Positions 42,854 to 60,880 of a stretch of 64,000 bases of DNA are shown piece after piece. The translations under genes were made by a program, and so were the position numbers. Numbering within the stretch: position 1 is the stretch's first letter; each line of letters starts with the position of its first letter. The DNA comes from Escherichia phage vB_EcoM_ASO1A. The stretch lies in sequence record MZ726791.1, one strand, 5' to 3'. The notes beneath the pieces are model-generated. The model saw only the letters and a list, made by a program, of their open reading frames with translations. It was not told the DNA's origin and searched no databases.

Positions 42854-43094
42854 ACATGGGTAACACTCTACAGACACCACTAACTGATGCTGCTGTAGAG
42901 GCAACCTATGAAGAAGCAGACGAGATGAAATTTGTGCTTGCTATTTATGGTATGGAAGGGTGTAAAGAAACACTTGACCAACTCTTTGCTATGACATTCT
43001 CTGATTTATTATCATTGAGACAATTTCTTGAGATTCAGAGGTCGTATAAAGAGGAAATTGCTTACAACGAACTTAGAAGAGCAGGAAAAATGTA

Positions 43095-43095
<1 letters not shown>
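42811..43095 (+). CDS. -1 frameshift extension of tail assembly chaperone (GT-like product)
   Basis: After a -1 slip at TTTTTTC the frame from 42817 is open through the 42856 ORF frame to stop at 43093-43095. Confidence 0.5.
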
Positions 43096-51111
<8,016 letters not shown>

Positions 51112-51113
51112 TA

Positions 51114-52286
51114 ATGGCAGTAGGTGAAATTCAAATTAGTGCCTTGCCTCAAGCAGCCTTACCAATTGACCTTAGTGATATCTTCCATCTTAAGCAGGGT
51201 ATTGAGGATAAGAGGTGTACTCTTGAGCAATTACTTGCTCCACACGCAAGCCTAAGAAATAACCCTCATGGTGTTACTAAAACACAAATTGGTTTAGATA
51301 ATGTTATTAATGCTCTTCAGTTAGTCGCTGCAAATAACTTATCAGATATTGTTAATGTAGCTGAGGCAAGAGCAAATCTACAGATTATGTCTTCAGAAGA
51401 GGTTAATAACCTTGTCCAGCAACATATCAAGGACAAGAGTAACCCACACAATACAACTAAGGCACAGGTTGGTTTAAGTAATGTTCAGAACTGGACAACA
51501 TCTAATCTGTATAACGAAGATGCAGATAAGTATGCTACAGCAAGAGCAGTAAATAACTTGTACAAGGCTGTTCAGGCTTCTTATCCAGTAGGTACTATCC
51601 ATCTTTCTATGAACTCTGCAAACCCTTCTACATACTTAATTTGTGGAGGTACTTGGGAGTTAGTTTCAAAAGGTAGGGCATTGGTTGGCTATGACTCTGA
51701 TACAAGACCAGCAGGTTCTGTATTTGGTGCTTCAACTGTCACTTTGTCAGTTAATAACATGCCTCAACACTCCCACTCTGTGTCTCTTAGCGGTGGTGGT
51801 CACACTCATAATGCAACTGTGTCAATCTCAGTTTTTGATTATGGGGCTAAGACTACAAACTCTTTTGACTATGGGACAAAAGCTACTAACACAACTGGTA
51901 ACCATACACACAGTGTGTCAGGTAACACAAGCACCAATGGTACTCACAACCATGATGTGTATCCTAGAGAAAATGATGGTACTGGTAATGCTGTAGCTGA
52001 CTCTGATGGTGGTGGTGCAAGAAGGACATCAAGGACTTCTAGTGACGGTGCGCACTCACACAGCTTTAACGTCACATCTGGTGCATCAGGTGACCACAGC
52101 CACACGGTTGGTATTGGTGCTCACAGCCATACAGTTGGTATTGGTTCACACACGCACAGTGGCACTGTAACAGTTTCTTCTTCTGAACATACACATAGTG
52201 GTAATACAAATAGTGTTGGTGGAGGTCAGGCAGTTAATATTGAGCAGCCATCCTTCGTACTGTATGTATGGCAGAGAACAGCTTAA
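51114..52286 (+). CDS. tail fibre protein with His-rich (HxH) C-terminal tip
   Basis: TKTQIGLDNV and TKAQVGLSNV fibre-type repeats; C-terminal HSHSVS, GAHSHTVGIGAHSHTVGIGSHTHSG; ends VWQRTA. Confidence 0.65.
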   Translation: MAVGEIQISALPQAALPIDLSDIFHLKQGIEDKRCTLEQLLAPHASLRNNPHGVTKTQIGLDNVINALQLVAANNLSDIVNVAEARANLQIMSSEEVNNLVQQHIKDKSNPHNTTKAQVGLSNVQNWTTSNLYNEDADKYATARAVNNLYKAVQASYPVGTIHLSMNSANPSTYLICGGTWELVSKGRALVGYDSDTRPAGSVFGASTVTLSVNNMPQHSHSVSLSGGGHTHNATVSISVFDYGAKTTNSFDYGTKATNTTGNHTHSVSGNTSTNGTHNHDVYPRENDGTGNAVADSDGGGARRTSRTSSDGAHSHSFNVTSGASGDHSHTVGIGAHSHTVGIGSHTHSGTVTVSSSEHTHSGNTNSVGGGQAVNIEQPSFVLYVWQRTA

Positions 52287-52332
52287 TTTCTTTACAGGGG
52301 CTATAAAGCCCCTTTTAAGAGGAAAATATATA

Positions 52333-54687
52333 ATGGCAGATTACAAGTTGAGTGAATTAAACTCAATCGATACAATCCGTTCAGATGACCTTCTTCATGT
52401 CAGGGTTAAAAAGAGACCTGAAATGTTGGGTGATGAAGACCGTCGAATGACCTATCAAGATTTCTTAGCATCTTTCAAGCTTGAAAGATTTGTTCAGATT
52501 GCTGGTAGTACTATGACGGGTGACTTAGGGATTGTTAAGTTACTCTATGGTGGCAAGGCAGTATTTGACCCAACAGGTTCTTCTGAGATTACTATTGGGG
52601 ATGTTTTAAAGACTTTTAAAATCAACGCAAATGGCCTTAAACTAACTATCGCAGATGCTTCAAGGTCAGCAACTGTTTATCATACTCTGAATAAACCAAG
52701 CCCTAATGAACTTGGTATGAGAACTAATAAAGAGAATGATGCAAGATACTCAAAATTAGCTGTAAATAATACCTTTAGAGGTACTCAAGCTATCCTCTCT
52801 GACAATGAAGCGCTCATTATTAAAAATATCACTCAAGGTGCCCCACTCTATCTTCGTGGTCAAGATGCAGATGGTACTAACAGATGGTATCTAGGTAATG
52901 ATAATAGGGGCACAAATAATCTTGTATTGAAGAATGTAAAGTCTGACGTTTCAATTGCTATTTTAGAGAATTTGGTGACAGTCAACAGAACTCTTCAAAT
53001 TGCTGGCCAAGTTCAGCCTTCAAGTTTTGCTAACTTAGATGCTAGGTATTTTACCCAGACAGCAGCTAATCAGAGATTTGCGCAGTTAGCTGGTAATAAC
53101 ACTTTTACTGGTACTAACACTTTCTCTAATTTTGTTGCTAAGAAGAATGCTGAAGCCATCACTCTACAAAATGTGGACACTGCCCCCTCTTTATATATTC
53201 GAGCAAGAAAGTCAGATGGGAATTATAAGTGGTACATTGGTAATGACGGTGATGAGAACATTTTAAAAATCTATAACTATCTAACAAAAACACAAGTCTC
53301 ACTAGGTAACACTATTGCCATGAGCAAAACAGTTCAAATTGATGGTCAAGTACAACCTTCTGATTGGACTAACATTGATTCTAGATATATTCCGGCAGCC
53401 ACTTTGAGTAATCTCCCTAAACTTAATGTGTCTAATACTTTCACAAATGTGCAAACTATTGTATCTAACAACGAGGGTTTGGTATTAAGGAACTTGACAC
53501 AGGGGCGGCCACTATATATCCGTGGTGTTGATACTGAGAATGTTTCTAGATGGTGGTTAGGTGTAGGTGGTTCAAACTCTAATGTGGTAACACTTAACAA
53601 CAACTATTCTAACACTAAAATCTCACTTGGTGGCTCATCAGTAATGACTAACAAGAGCTTAGCTATTACTGGTCAAGTACAACCTTCTGACTTCTCTAAC
53701 TTAGATGCTAGATACTATACCCAAGCTGCCGCAAACGCAAGATATATGCTTGCAAGCATCACTGGTTCGGCTTCTGAAGCAGATGGTGGTGGTGGTGTTG
53801 CATGGGATGCAAAAACAGGTCTTTATAAGGTTACTAACACCACTGGACGGTATTCTTCACTTGTATATCACATGTTTTTAGGGACTGGTTCTACACCGTC
53901 TGCACAATTAAAGTTTTCGTTTAAAAATGGTGGGATGTGGTATAGAGCATCAAGAGATGCCTATGGCTTCGAAGTTAATTGGTCTAAAGTTTACACGGAA
54001 GCACAAAAACCAACCCCTTCAGAGATTGGTGCATACACTAAAGCTGAAACTGACCAGAAAATTGCAACAGCAATTAGTGACTCTACAGACCTTAATAAAA
54101 TCTATCCAGTAGGTATTGTAACGTGGTTTAACAGTAATGTTGACCCTAACACAGCACTACCTGGGTTAACTTGGACGTACCTGAATAATGGTGTTGGTAG
54201 AACTATCAGAATCGCAGCAGCAAACGGTTCAGATGTTGCTACAACTGGTGGTTCAGACTCTGTGACGTTAGCTGTTGGAAACTTACCATCACATACCCAT
54301 AGTTTCTCTGCTACCACTTCATCTTTTGATTATGGTACGAAGAACACTAATAGTACTGGTGCGCACACTCACTCAGTTAGTGGTACTGCTGCAACTTCTG
54401 GGCAACACGCACACAGAATTTCACAGGGTGACAACGCTAACGTTCCATCAGGTAGGGTCGCATCTTCGAACTCTGCTCAGACTCATGTTGGATGGACTGA
54501 AAATGATGGTGCTCACACCCACTCAGTTAGTGGTACTGCTGCATCTGCTGGGCAACATGCTCACTCTGTAGGCATTGGTGCTCACAGGCACACAGTCAGT
54601 GGTAACACTGGTGGTACAGGTTCTGGGTCAGCATTTAGTGTTACTAACCAGTTCTATAAGTTAATGGCTTGGGTGAGAACTGCTTAA
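52333..54687 (+). CDS. long tail fibre protein with paralogous His-rich C-terminal tip
   Basis: ATG 52333 after GAGG RBS; repeated QIAGQVQPS segments; C-terminal GAHTHSVSGTAA x2 and HAHSVGIGAHRHTVSG; ends AWVRTA. Confidence 0.65.
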   Translation: MADYKLSELNSIDTIRSDDLLHVRVKKRPEMLGDEDRRMTYQDFLASFKLERFVQIAGSTMTGDLGIVKLLYGGKAVFDPTGSSEITIGDVLKTFKINANGLKLTIADASRSATVYHTLNKPSPNELGMRTNKENDARYSKLAVNNTFRGTQAILSDNEALIIKNITQGAPLYLRGQDADGTNRWYLGNDNRGTNNLVLKNVKSDVSIAILENLVTVNRTLQIAGQVQPSSFANLDARYFTQTAANQRFAQLAGNNTFTGTNTFSNFVAKKNAEAITLQNVDTAPSLYIRARKSDGNYKWYIGNDGDENILKIYNYLTKTQVSLGNTIAMSKTVQIDGQVQPSDWTNIDSRYIPAATLSNLPKLNVSNTFTNVQTIVSNNEGLVLRNLTQGRPLYIRGVDTENVSRWWLGVGGSNSNVVTLNNNYSNTKISLGGSSVMTNKSLAITGQVQPSDFSNLDARYYTQAAANARYMLASITGSASEADGGGGVAWDAKTGLYKVTNTTGRYSSLVYHMFLGTGSTPSAQLKFSFKNGGMWYRASRDAYGFEVNWSKVYTEAQKPTPSEIGAYTKAETDQKIATAISDSTDLNKIYPVGIVTWFNSNVDPNTALPGLTWTYLNNGVGRTIRIAAANGSDVATTGGSDSVTLAVGNLPSHTHSFSATTSSFDYGTKNTNSTGAHTHSVSGTAATSGQHAHRISQGDNANVPSGRVASSNSAQTHVGWTENDGAHTHSVSGTAASAGQHAHSVGIGAHRHTVSGNTGGTGSGSAFSVTNQFYKLMAWVRTA

Positions 54688-54766
54688 TCCCTTGTTGACT
54701 GATTGTTAAGATGGTGTTAATATTCTTTATGGGTATTCTCACCATCTTGGCTGATGAGGTGATTAA

Positions 54767-54961
54767 ATGCCTACAATCCTAGCAATTCTTCTAAAAAATC
54801 TAGGTAGCTTCTTCTGGAAACTCATTTTATCCCTTCTAAGTGAATACATGATTGAGAAAGTGTTCTTTAAGCTTGCAAGATACCTTGCGAGTAAAACAGA
54901 CACACCTATTGATGATGAGTTCGTAGATAACTTAGAAAAAGCTTTTAAGGGGGAGAAATAA
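54767..54961 (+). CDS. small membrane protein (holin or fibre-assembly candidate)
   Basis: 64-aa ORF with N-terminal hydrophobic helix ILAILLKNLGSFFWKLILSLL. Confidence 0.35.
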   Translation: MPTILAILLKNLGSFFWKLILSLLSEYMIEKVFFKLARYLASKTDTPIDDEFVDNLEKAFKGEK

Positions 54962-55333
54962 ATGAAGTGGCTAGAGGAAGCTTTTAAAAATAATATTGGT
55001 GCAATTGTAGTTGGTATTTTTAGTGTTATTGGGATGTATACCACGATGCAAGTTTCAAGTGGTAAACAAGAAGTGTCTGTCACAACAAAGTTACAGCAGT
55101 TGGATAATTATTCCAAAAGTAACTATTCAGCTATTCGTGATTTACAGTCTGACATGAGACTGATTCAGCTAGGGATGGAGAACCAGAAAGTTCAGTTAGA
55201 GAATGTTAAGGGTGAAAACGCAAAACTTACCAAAACTCTTGATAAATTCTCTGACAGTGTGAACAATCTGGCTCAATCAGTATCAGCCCTCCAAGCTATT
55301 ACTGAGAAGAACACAAAGAATACTGAAAAATAA
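54962..55333 (+). CDS. membrane-anchored coiled-coil protein
   Basis: 123-aa ORF; TM helix IGAIVVGIFSVIGMYTT then heptad-like region. Confidence 0.4.
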   Translation: MKWLEEAFKNNIGAIVVGIFSVIGMYTTMQVSSGKQEVSVTTKLQQLDNYSKSNYSAIRDLQSDMRLIQLGMENQKVQLENVKGENAKLTKTLDKFSDSVNNLAQSVSALQAITEKNTKNTEK

Positions 55334-55339
55334 AGTTTA

Positions 55340-55366
55340 AGGCTCCTTTTTACGGGAGCCTTTTTT
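55340..55366. terminator. bidirectional rho-independent terminator between convergent blocks
   Basis: AAGGCTCCTTTTTACGGGAGCCTTTTTT: hairpin flanked by A run and T run. Confidence 0.7.
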
Positions 55367-55369
55367 GTT

Positions 55370-56269
55370 TTACTTACCTACTGACAGAGGTGCTTCAATC
55401 TTCCCTGCATGTTGGTAGTTGTTAATGCCACCAATAAAATCACTTGCAGTAAGGTGTTTTAAATCACTTAGAGTGTTAAGCTGCACACCAATCTCAAAAG
55501 TAGGTGCATGGAACTCTTCATTATTCATCAGTTCATAAACCTGTTTCATATGGTTCTGATAAATCTGAGTATCTCCAAAGACGCCTATCAAGTACCGTGG
55601 AGTGTATCCAGTCATCTTGCAAAGAACTTCCAGAATAAAACCATAAGATGCAATGTTAAATGGAAGTCCTAAAAAGGTGTCTACAGAACGTTGATACCAT
55701 TGTAAGTCAACTTCACCTTCGTTAGTGATATAAATCTGAAACAGAACATGACAAGGTGCTAAAGCCATTGAGTTAGCTGCAATATCTGCTGCATTCCAAG
55801 CATTAACAAGCATGTAACGGTCTGTGATATCACCTTTCATCTTCGTTACTAAGGTCTCTAACTGGTCTACAACACAACCATTATGACCTTCAAAGTTTCT
55901 CCACTGAACCCCGTAGATTCTCCCACCTGCATCCTCTAACCAGTCTTGTTCAGAAGAATAGTTAGAGCTTAACCAGCGTTTAAAATCATCTGACCAGATA
56001 GTCCAACGTTCTCCATCATTTTCACCCCAAGTGCGATAACGGAGTTCACCAAGCTTATTCTCGCCATTCAGGAACCATAAAGCTTCCCCAATAACTTGCC
56101 GTGTAAACACCTGTTTAGATGTTAAGAGCGGGAAACCAGTTCGCATATCAAAACGAAACTGAGGTGGAGCAAATGCAGAGATAACATCTCCAGTTCGTGT
56201 AGTACGCAGTTCACCAACGGATAAAACATGGTTCAGGATATTTTTGTAACTTGAATCTGCTTGTGACAT
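55370..56269 (-). CDS. thyA: thymidylate synthase
   Basis: RYMLVNAWNAADIAANSMALAPCHVLFQIYI matches ThyA active-site region (AWN...LPPCH...FQFYV). Confidence 0.9.
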   Translation of the reverse strand: MSQADSSYKNILNHVLSVGELRTTRTGDVISAFAPPQFRFDMRTGFPLLTSKQVFTRQVIGEALWFLNGENKLGELRYRTWGENDGERWTIWSDDFKRWLSSNYSSEQDWLEDAGGRIYGVQWRNFEGHNGCVVDQLETLVTKMKGDITDRYMLVNAWNAADIAANSMALAPCHVLFQIYITNEGEVDLQWYQRSVDTFLGLPFNIASYGFILEVLCKMTGYTPRYLIGVFGDTQIYQNHMKQVYELMNNEEFHAPTFEIGVQLNTLSDLKHLTASDFIGGINNYQHAGKIEAPLSVGK

Positions 56270-56270
56270 A

Positions 56271-56816
56271 TCAAAAGTGTCCTTTTACTTGTGGAACATA
56301 GATTTCAAAGGTTGCTTTACCATCTACTGATGGTTTTGACTGAATCTTAGCGAAAATTTGACGGTCATGCAACTTATCAAAGAAATTCTCAAAAGGTAGA
56401 TGCACAGTTGCCTCTTCAGTAACTTCATGGAAAACTGTATGGAACACTACATCAGCATACGGTAAAGCACTGACAAGAATACCTACACCACCAATTACGA
56501 AGACGTCTTCTTCAATATTACTATCAAGATACTTTAAAAATGCTCCAAAAGAATCTTGATGAGCCTTAGCAAACATAACATCATCTTTGGTGAAGTCCAT
56601 ACCATAATAAGGCACAGAATTTGTTAAGATGAGGTTTGTACGTTCTGGTAAAGGTTTACTGCCCAGAGTCTTATAAGTCTCGTTACCCATAACTACTAAG
56701 TTGTCTTTAGTAAGTCTCTTAAACTCTTGCATATCCTGTTTATGTCGAGGCCACGGCATACCAGTTGGAGTACCAAACTCCCCATTTTCACCACTTGCAA
56801 AGATTAATTTAATCAT
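56271..56816 (-). CDS. frd: dihydrofolate reductase
   Basis: MIKLIFA...GMPW...LVVMGNETYKTLG pattern typical of DHFR; adjacent to thyA. Confidence 0.8.
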   Translation of the reverse strand: MIKLIFASGENGEFGTPTGMPWPRHKQDMQEFKRLTKDNLVVMGNETYKTLGSKPLPERTNLILTNSVPYYGMDFTKDDVMFAKAHQDSFGAFLKYLDSNIEEDVFVIGGVGILVSALPYADVVFHTVFHEVTEEATVHLPFENFFDKLHDRQIFAKIQSKPSVDGKATFEIYVPQVKGHF

Positions 56817-57073
56817 TTTGTAAATCCTTTCTTAATAAACCAGTTGATAACATTCTTCACAGCTTTATTGCTATGGTAGATTAAGTGTGGCGTAGGTTGG
56901 TATGAACCATAAGCCCAGAAAGCAATGATTTCATTACATCCTGTACACCTTGTACTCTCTTCAGCAATATGACCGTTGGCTATTTCACTTACCTCACCTT
57001 GTAAGTCTGTACACCCACAATGTGGACATCGGATAGGTGTTCCATCAGACTCATAGCAGTGTTCAATTTTCAT
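56813..57073 (-). CDS. small zinc-ribbon protein
   Basis: CPHCGC ... CTGCNE Cys pairs. Confidence 0.45.
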   Translation of the reverse strand: MKIEHCYESDGTPIRCPHCGCTDLQGEVSEIANGHIAEESTRCTGCNEIIAFWAYGSYQPTPHLIYHSNKAVKNVINWFIKKGFTK

Positions 57074-57589
57074 TTATTTAACCTCAAAAACTGGCTCAAG
57101 AACCAATATAAAGTCTACACAGTCATCTTCTTCATCCAGAATACCATCAAAGTTCTTAGGAACGAAGTCGAAGAGGCTCATAACAAAACAGTCAGAAGTG
57201 ACCTTGATAGTTCCTCCCATGTTCTCTACAGTCAACACTGTACGACTTTCTTTTACCTCCCTCAGAAGATTACCCACAAAGTCATCTAAGAAGTACTTCA
57301 TCAGTGACTTAAAACCTTTAGGGTAATCTGTACCAGAGTATGTTTCAATCTGAGGCACAAGCTTAACATTTATACTAGTCTTTGTTAAGAACGTGTTAGA
57401 GAACATGCTATCAGGTAACTTACAAACAGTCTTTCCAGTATCTTCATGTTCAATCTCAACAAAACCAGCTTCGTCGCCACATGTAACTATTTTAAAAGAT
57501 GCTTCATTCTCATACTGTGAAGCCATAAACTTTTTAAGCATCTCTTTAAGGAAATCTGCATGAGCATCTTGTAAGTAGATATCAATCAT
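57074..57589 (-). CDS. hypothetical protein
   Basis: 171-aa ORF. Confidence 0.5.
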   Translation of the reverse strand: MIDIYLQDAHADFLKEMLKKFMASQYENEASFKIVTCGDEAGFVEIEHEDTGKTVCKLPDSMFSNTFLTKTSINVKLVPQIETYSGTDYPKGFKSLMKYFLDDFVGNLLREVKESRTVLTVENMGGTIKVTSDCFVMSLFDFVPKNFDGILDEEDDCVDFILVLEPVFEVK

Positions 57590-57602
57590 AGTTAATCACC
57601 TA

Positions 57603-57962
57603 TTATGGGAACAGACACTTGATGTCATCGTTTTTAAAAACAAAACTTGTGTAGTTGTGACCATCAACATCCAGCCAAACAGCCTGAACATCTACACCAT
57701 CAAGATTTTGGTAAAGCTCTTTGATGAAGTGGTCTTTTACAATCTTACTGCTAGTTGTTTCCAACTTAATGTTCGAGATTGCTGAACCAACAGCCATATA
57801 GCCCATGACACGTTTCTTCTCAGTATGCTTAATCTTACCATCTTTGTAAGCCATAATGAGATTGGAGAGAATCTTCACACCATAATACTTTTCAAGGTGA
57901 GTAGGTGCACCATAAAAGCCTAATGCGAAATTTTCAGAGTGGATAATGTTTTCACGTTTCAT
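57603..57962 (-). CDS. hypothetical protein
   Basis: 119-aa ORF. Confidence 0.5.
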   Translation of the reverse strand: MKRENIIHSENFALGFYGAPTHLEKYYGVKILSNLIMAYKDGKIKHTEKKRVMGYMAVGSAISNIKLETTSSKIVKDHFIKELYQNLDGVDVQAVWLDVDGHNYTSFVFKNDDIKCLFP

Positions 57963-57963
57963 A

Positions 57964-58293
57964 TTAGTCTGCCAACCTTAAATTAAAATTAACACCAAAT
58001 TTTTCACATACTTCCAACATATACTCAAGAGAGACATTCCCAGTGAGGTGGATTATGTTGGATACACGAGCTTGAGAGATGCCACAAATTTTAGCGACTT
58101 GCTCTTGAGAAAGACCTCTGGATTTAATCTCTCTCTTAAAACGATGTGCAACGAAGTCTCTCATTTCGTCTACATCCATTGGACAAATATAACTCTCCAT
58201 TTCAGCCTCTCTATCAGCCTCCCAATCATCTTGTGGGGCATAAGGGTCAAAAACCTCATTCATCTTTCTTCTTCCGTTTGCGTGAAGTGTCAA
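57964..58293 (-). CDS. helix-turn-helix DNA-binding protein (XRE-like)
   Basis: LSQEQVAKICGISQARVSNI resembles HTH motif. Confidence 0.5.
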   Translation of the reverse strand: MTLHANGRRKMNEVFDPYAPQDDWEADREAEMESYICPMDVDEMRDFVAHRFKREIKSRGLSQEQVAKICGISQARVSNIIHLTGNVSLEYMLEVCEKFGVNFNLRLAD

Positions 58294-58468
58294 TCAATGA
58301 ATCTATGTTTGTAGCCCTAACCTTTTCACGTTCATCATTAAGATAATCATCAAGAGCCTTTTCAATCTGTGAATCATCTTGACAGATGACTGTAAAGACT
58401 GTAAAGCCGTCTGTATCGTCAATTATCTTACCATAACCGCTTCTGGGATGTAACTTTTTAAGAGCCAT
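58256..58468 (-). CDS. hypothetical protein
   Basis: 70-aa ORF. Confidence 0.4.
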   Translation of the reverse strand: MALKKLHPRSGYGKIIDDTDGFTVFTVICQDDSQIEKALDDYLNDEREKVRATNIDSLIDTSRKRKKKDE

Positions 58469-58469
58469 A

Positions 58470-58859
58470 TCAAATACCTGTGCAGCTTCTGTTTTCTAAG
58501 AAATACTCCACACCATACATAGCTTTTTGCATCAAATCTTCTTTAAACTGGATACGGTGGTTGAGCATCGCCTGTACATCAATATCATCACGGTGTTTCT
58601 CTTTAATGTTTGCAGATTGCAGGAAATACTCTGCAAGAACACGATACTGGTAGTCAGTTACCTTATCAGTCATCTCTGTTAAAGACTCTTCAGAGATTGG
58701 TTTAAGTAGTTCACCATTAGCTAGAGCAACACCTTTTACAATCTGGCAAGTATCCTCTGGGACACCTGATAAGTTCACATTTGGCAGTTCTGTTGCATTA
58801 ACTGGTAAACTCATTGCCATAACCATTGCAGCAGCTAATAAAATCTTTTTCATAAACAC
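58470..58859 (-). CDS. secreted/periplasmic protein
   Basis: Signal peptide MFMKKILLAAAMVMAMSLPVNA. Confidence 0.5.
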   Translation of the reverse strand: MFMKKILLAAAMVMAMSLPVNATELPNVNLSGVPEDTCQIVKGVALANGELLKPISEESLTEMTDKVTDYQYRVLAEYFLQSANIKEKHRDDIDVQAMLNHRIQFKEDLMQKAMYGVEYFLENRSCTGI

Positions 58860-59281
58860 CTCAAAGTTATATTAAATTTTGTATGACGTTGAGTATAAAA
58901 ATAAGCTATAACACCTGAACTGTCAACAGATTTTATAGCTTATTTGGCAGATTTTTTATAAGGCTACTGCCATCCTTCCATACCAAACCATACAAGACAT
59001 AGCCATACCCGACCTCACCCTACCGGACATCACTTAAAAACCCTCTTAGAAGACTCTTAAGTGATGCTGGTGAGTACCCGTTGGTTTATGCTGCTCAGTA
59101 TACTCACCAAATTTTCTATGTCAACAACTTTTTATAAAAAAGTTCTGATAGCTATATGTGTCACGAAACAAAAGATTGTAAACAAGACACCCATTGCAAA
59201 AGATGTGTCCAAAAGCTTACTTGCAACGTATGACAATACAAAGACAACCAGTATAAACAGAATGACTGTACTGAACATAGT

Positions 59282-60421
59282 TTATTCATAATCCCTAATA
59301 ACTAGCCCTACAGGAAACTGTAAAGAACCCTTACGAGTCATCTTCTGGAACTGAACAGTTAAAGGCTTCCCGATAAACTCTTCAGGATGTTCAGCAAGAT
59401 ACTGTTTCTTCTCGTGTGTAGTTTTCCATGAAACATCTACAAAGACGTTAGGAAGAGTCTCTACAACGAACTTACCATGACCACGCTTATCGGTCTTTAC
59501 ACCAGTCACTTTAAACTCTTCAGTGTGCATCTTCTTGTGCTTAATCAAGAAGTATGAACGGTGACCACACTCATAGAAGGAGTCTTCAGCAATTGAACGG
59601 TACATTGCACCTTCAAACTTAGCTTCAACCCACTTATCATGGGCTTCGTCAAACGCTTCCCAAGAATTTACACGACGAGACTTAACAGGGACAACTTTAC
59701 AGCCATCTCTAAAGTCATTCAATGGTGAAGTCTCAATAATATCTCTACGCTCAGGCCACGTCTTAGTACTGTCACAGATATCATACCAGTAAAACTTAAG
59801 TAAGTGTCTGTCAGGATTGTCTTCATTTTTAATCATAGAGACGATATCTTCTAAGTCCCACCCATGAGCATAAATCTCTCCATCAAATTCATCAACATCT
59901 TTGTGGAGCCTTAACATTGTCATAATGTCAGGTATTAGTTCAGTAGGGATTTTATAAACAGTATTCTCACGAGAGTATGCTGTAAATACGCTACCAATGC
60001 TTAAGTGTCTTGAAATTCTACAACGGACACCATCAAGTTTTGGTTGAGCATCAGCAGGAAACTTCAGATACTTTGCATGACTAACCTTTGCAGCATCATG
60101 AGCAAGCTGTACACCTACCTTCTCAGTATTCTGTGCAGACTCTTTTGTGTAAGCATAACCTTTGCGGTCAACTTGTTTCTTGTACTTAGCAGAAACTTCA
60201 AAGAGAGCTTGCTGTTCAGCGTTACGCTCATTCTTTTTACCGATGTTTTTAGGCTCTGCTGTGTACTCTTCAAACATCATCTTACCATTTTCTTTACCAT
60301 AGGTTGTAATAACTTTGTCACCTACAGCAACACATGACCAGACATTGAAAGAGCCATCTTTATTTTGTTTGTACAGTATTGTCATTTTATTCCTCTGAGT
60401 GATACCAAGTATTGCAAGCAT
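59282..60421 (-). CDS. ATP-dependent DNA ligase
   Basis: KLDGVRC adenylation motif I (KxDGxR); 379 aa, size of T7-type ligases. Confidence 0.7.
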   Translation of the reverse strand: MLAILGITQRNKMTILYKQNKDGSFNVWSCVAVGDKVITTYGKENGKMMFEEYTAEPKNIGKKNERNAEQQALFEVSAKYKKQVDRKGYAYTKESAQNTEKVGVQLAHDAAKVSHAKYLKFPADAQPKLDGVRCRISRHLSIGSVFTAYSRENTVYKIPTELIPDIMTMLRLHKDVDEFDGEIYAHGWDLEDIVSMIKNEDNPDRHLLKFYWYDICDSTKTWPERRDIIETSPLNDFRDGCKVVPVKSRRVNSWEAFDEAHDKWVEAKFEGAMYRSIAEDSFYECGHRSYFLIKHKKMHTEEFKVTGVKTDKRGHGKFVVETLPNVFVDVSWKTTHEKKQYLAEHPEEFIGKPLTVQFQKMTRKGSLQFPVGLVIRDYE

Positions 60422-60578
60422 TACATGCGTAAAGCTCTAAGTCATTTTTATCTGGTTTATGAAAACAGTTTGCTCCACAGTGGCAACGAAACGGCTTTCC
60501 ACCAACTGTCAGGATGAAGGATTGAACCTTTCCATCAGGAGTTCGTACAGCATTTTCACGGTTATCTTCTTTGCTCAT
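60387..60578 (-). CDS. small Cys-rich protein
   Basis: CHCGANCFHK ... CNACNTW. Confidence 0.4.
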   Translation of the reverse strand: MSKEDNRENAVRTPDGKVQSFILTVGGKPFRCHCGANCFHKPDKNDLELYACNACNTWYHSEE

Positions 60579-60880
60579 TTTCTCTTACCACCAATTTCCA
60601 CGTCGATAACCTGAACACCGACAGCAACATCAAACTTGTGAGTAATACTCTCCACAGTGTAAGTCCAACCATCAATACTAACCCGTTCACCCTCTCGTGG
60701 TACTATTGGGTTTTGTTGAGCCACGGTTGCAGTGGAATAAACAACATCGTAGCAATAGATATAGTTGACTAGAATTTGCATATCAGTACCCTCCATCAAT
60801 AACAGTAGTGTGAGATTGGCCATTTTTGCCATATCTATAAGATGTTGTTGTTTGAGAGTTGGGGCATCTGACAACAACAA
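60575..60880 (-). CDS. hypothetical protein
   Basis: 101-aa ORF. Confidence 0.45.
   Translation of the reverse strand: MLLSDAPTLKQQHLIDMAKMANLTLLLLMEGTDMQILVNYIYCYDVVYSTATVAQQNPIVPREGERVSIDGWTYTVESITHKFDVAVGVQVIDVEIGGKRK

Noticed and set aside
51685-51996. 103-aa alternative-frame ORF inside tail fibre gene (also 54275-54571 and 53927-54112)
   Set aside because: Out-of-frame readings of the His/Thr-codon-rich repeat region of the fibre genes; leucine/glutamine-rich artefactual products.
52198-52332. Track start of second tail fibre ORF at 52198
   Set aside because: That start overlaps the 3' end of the first fibre gene and the hairpin at 52296-52313; the ATG at 52333 with a GAGG RBS is the more plausible start.
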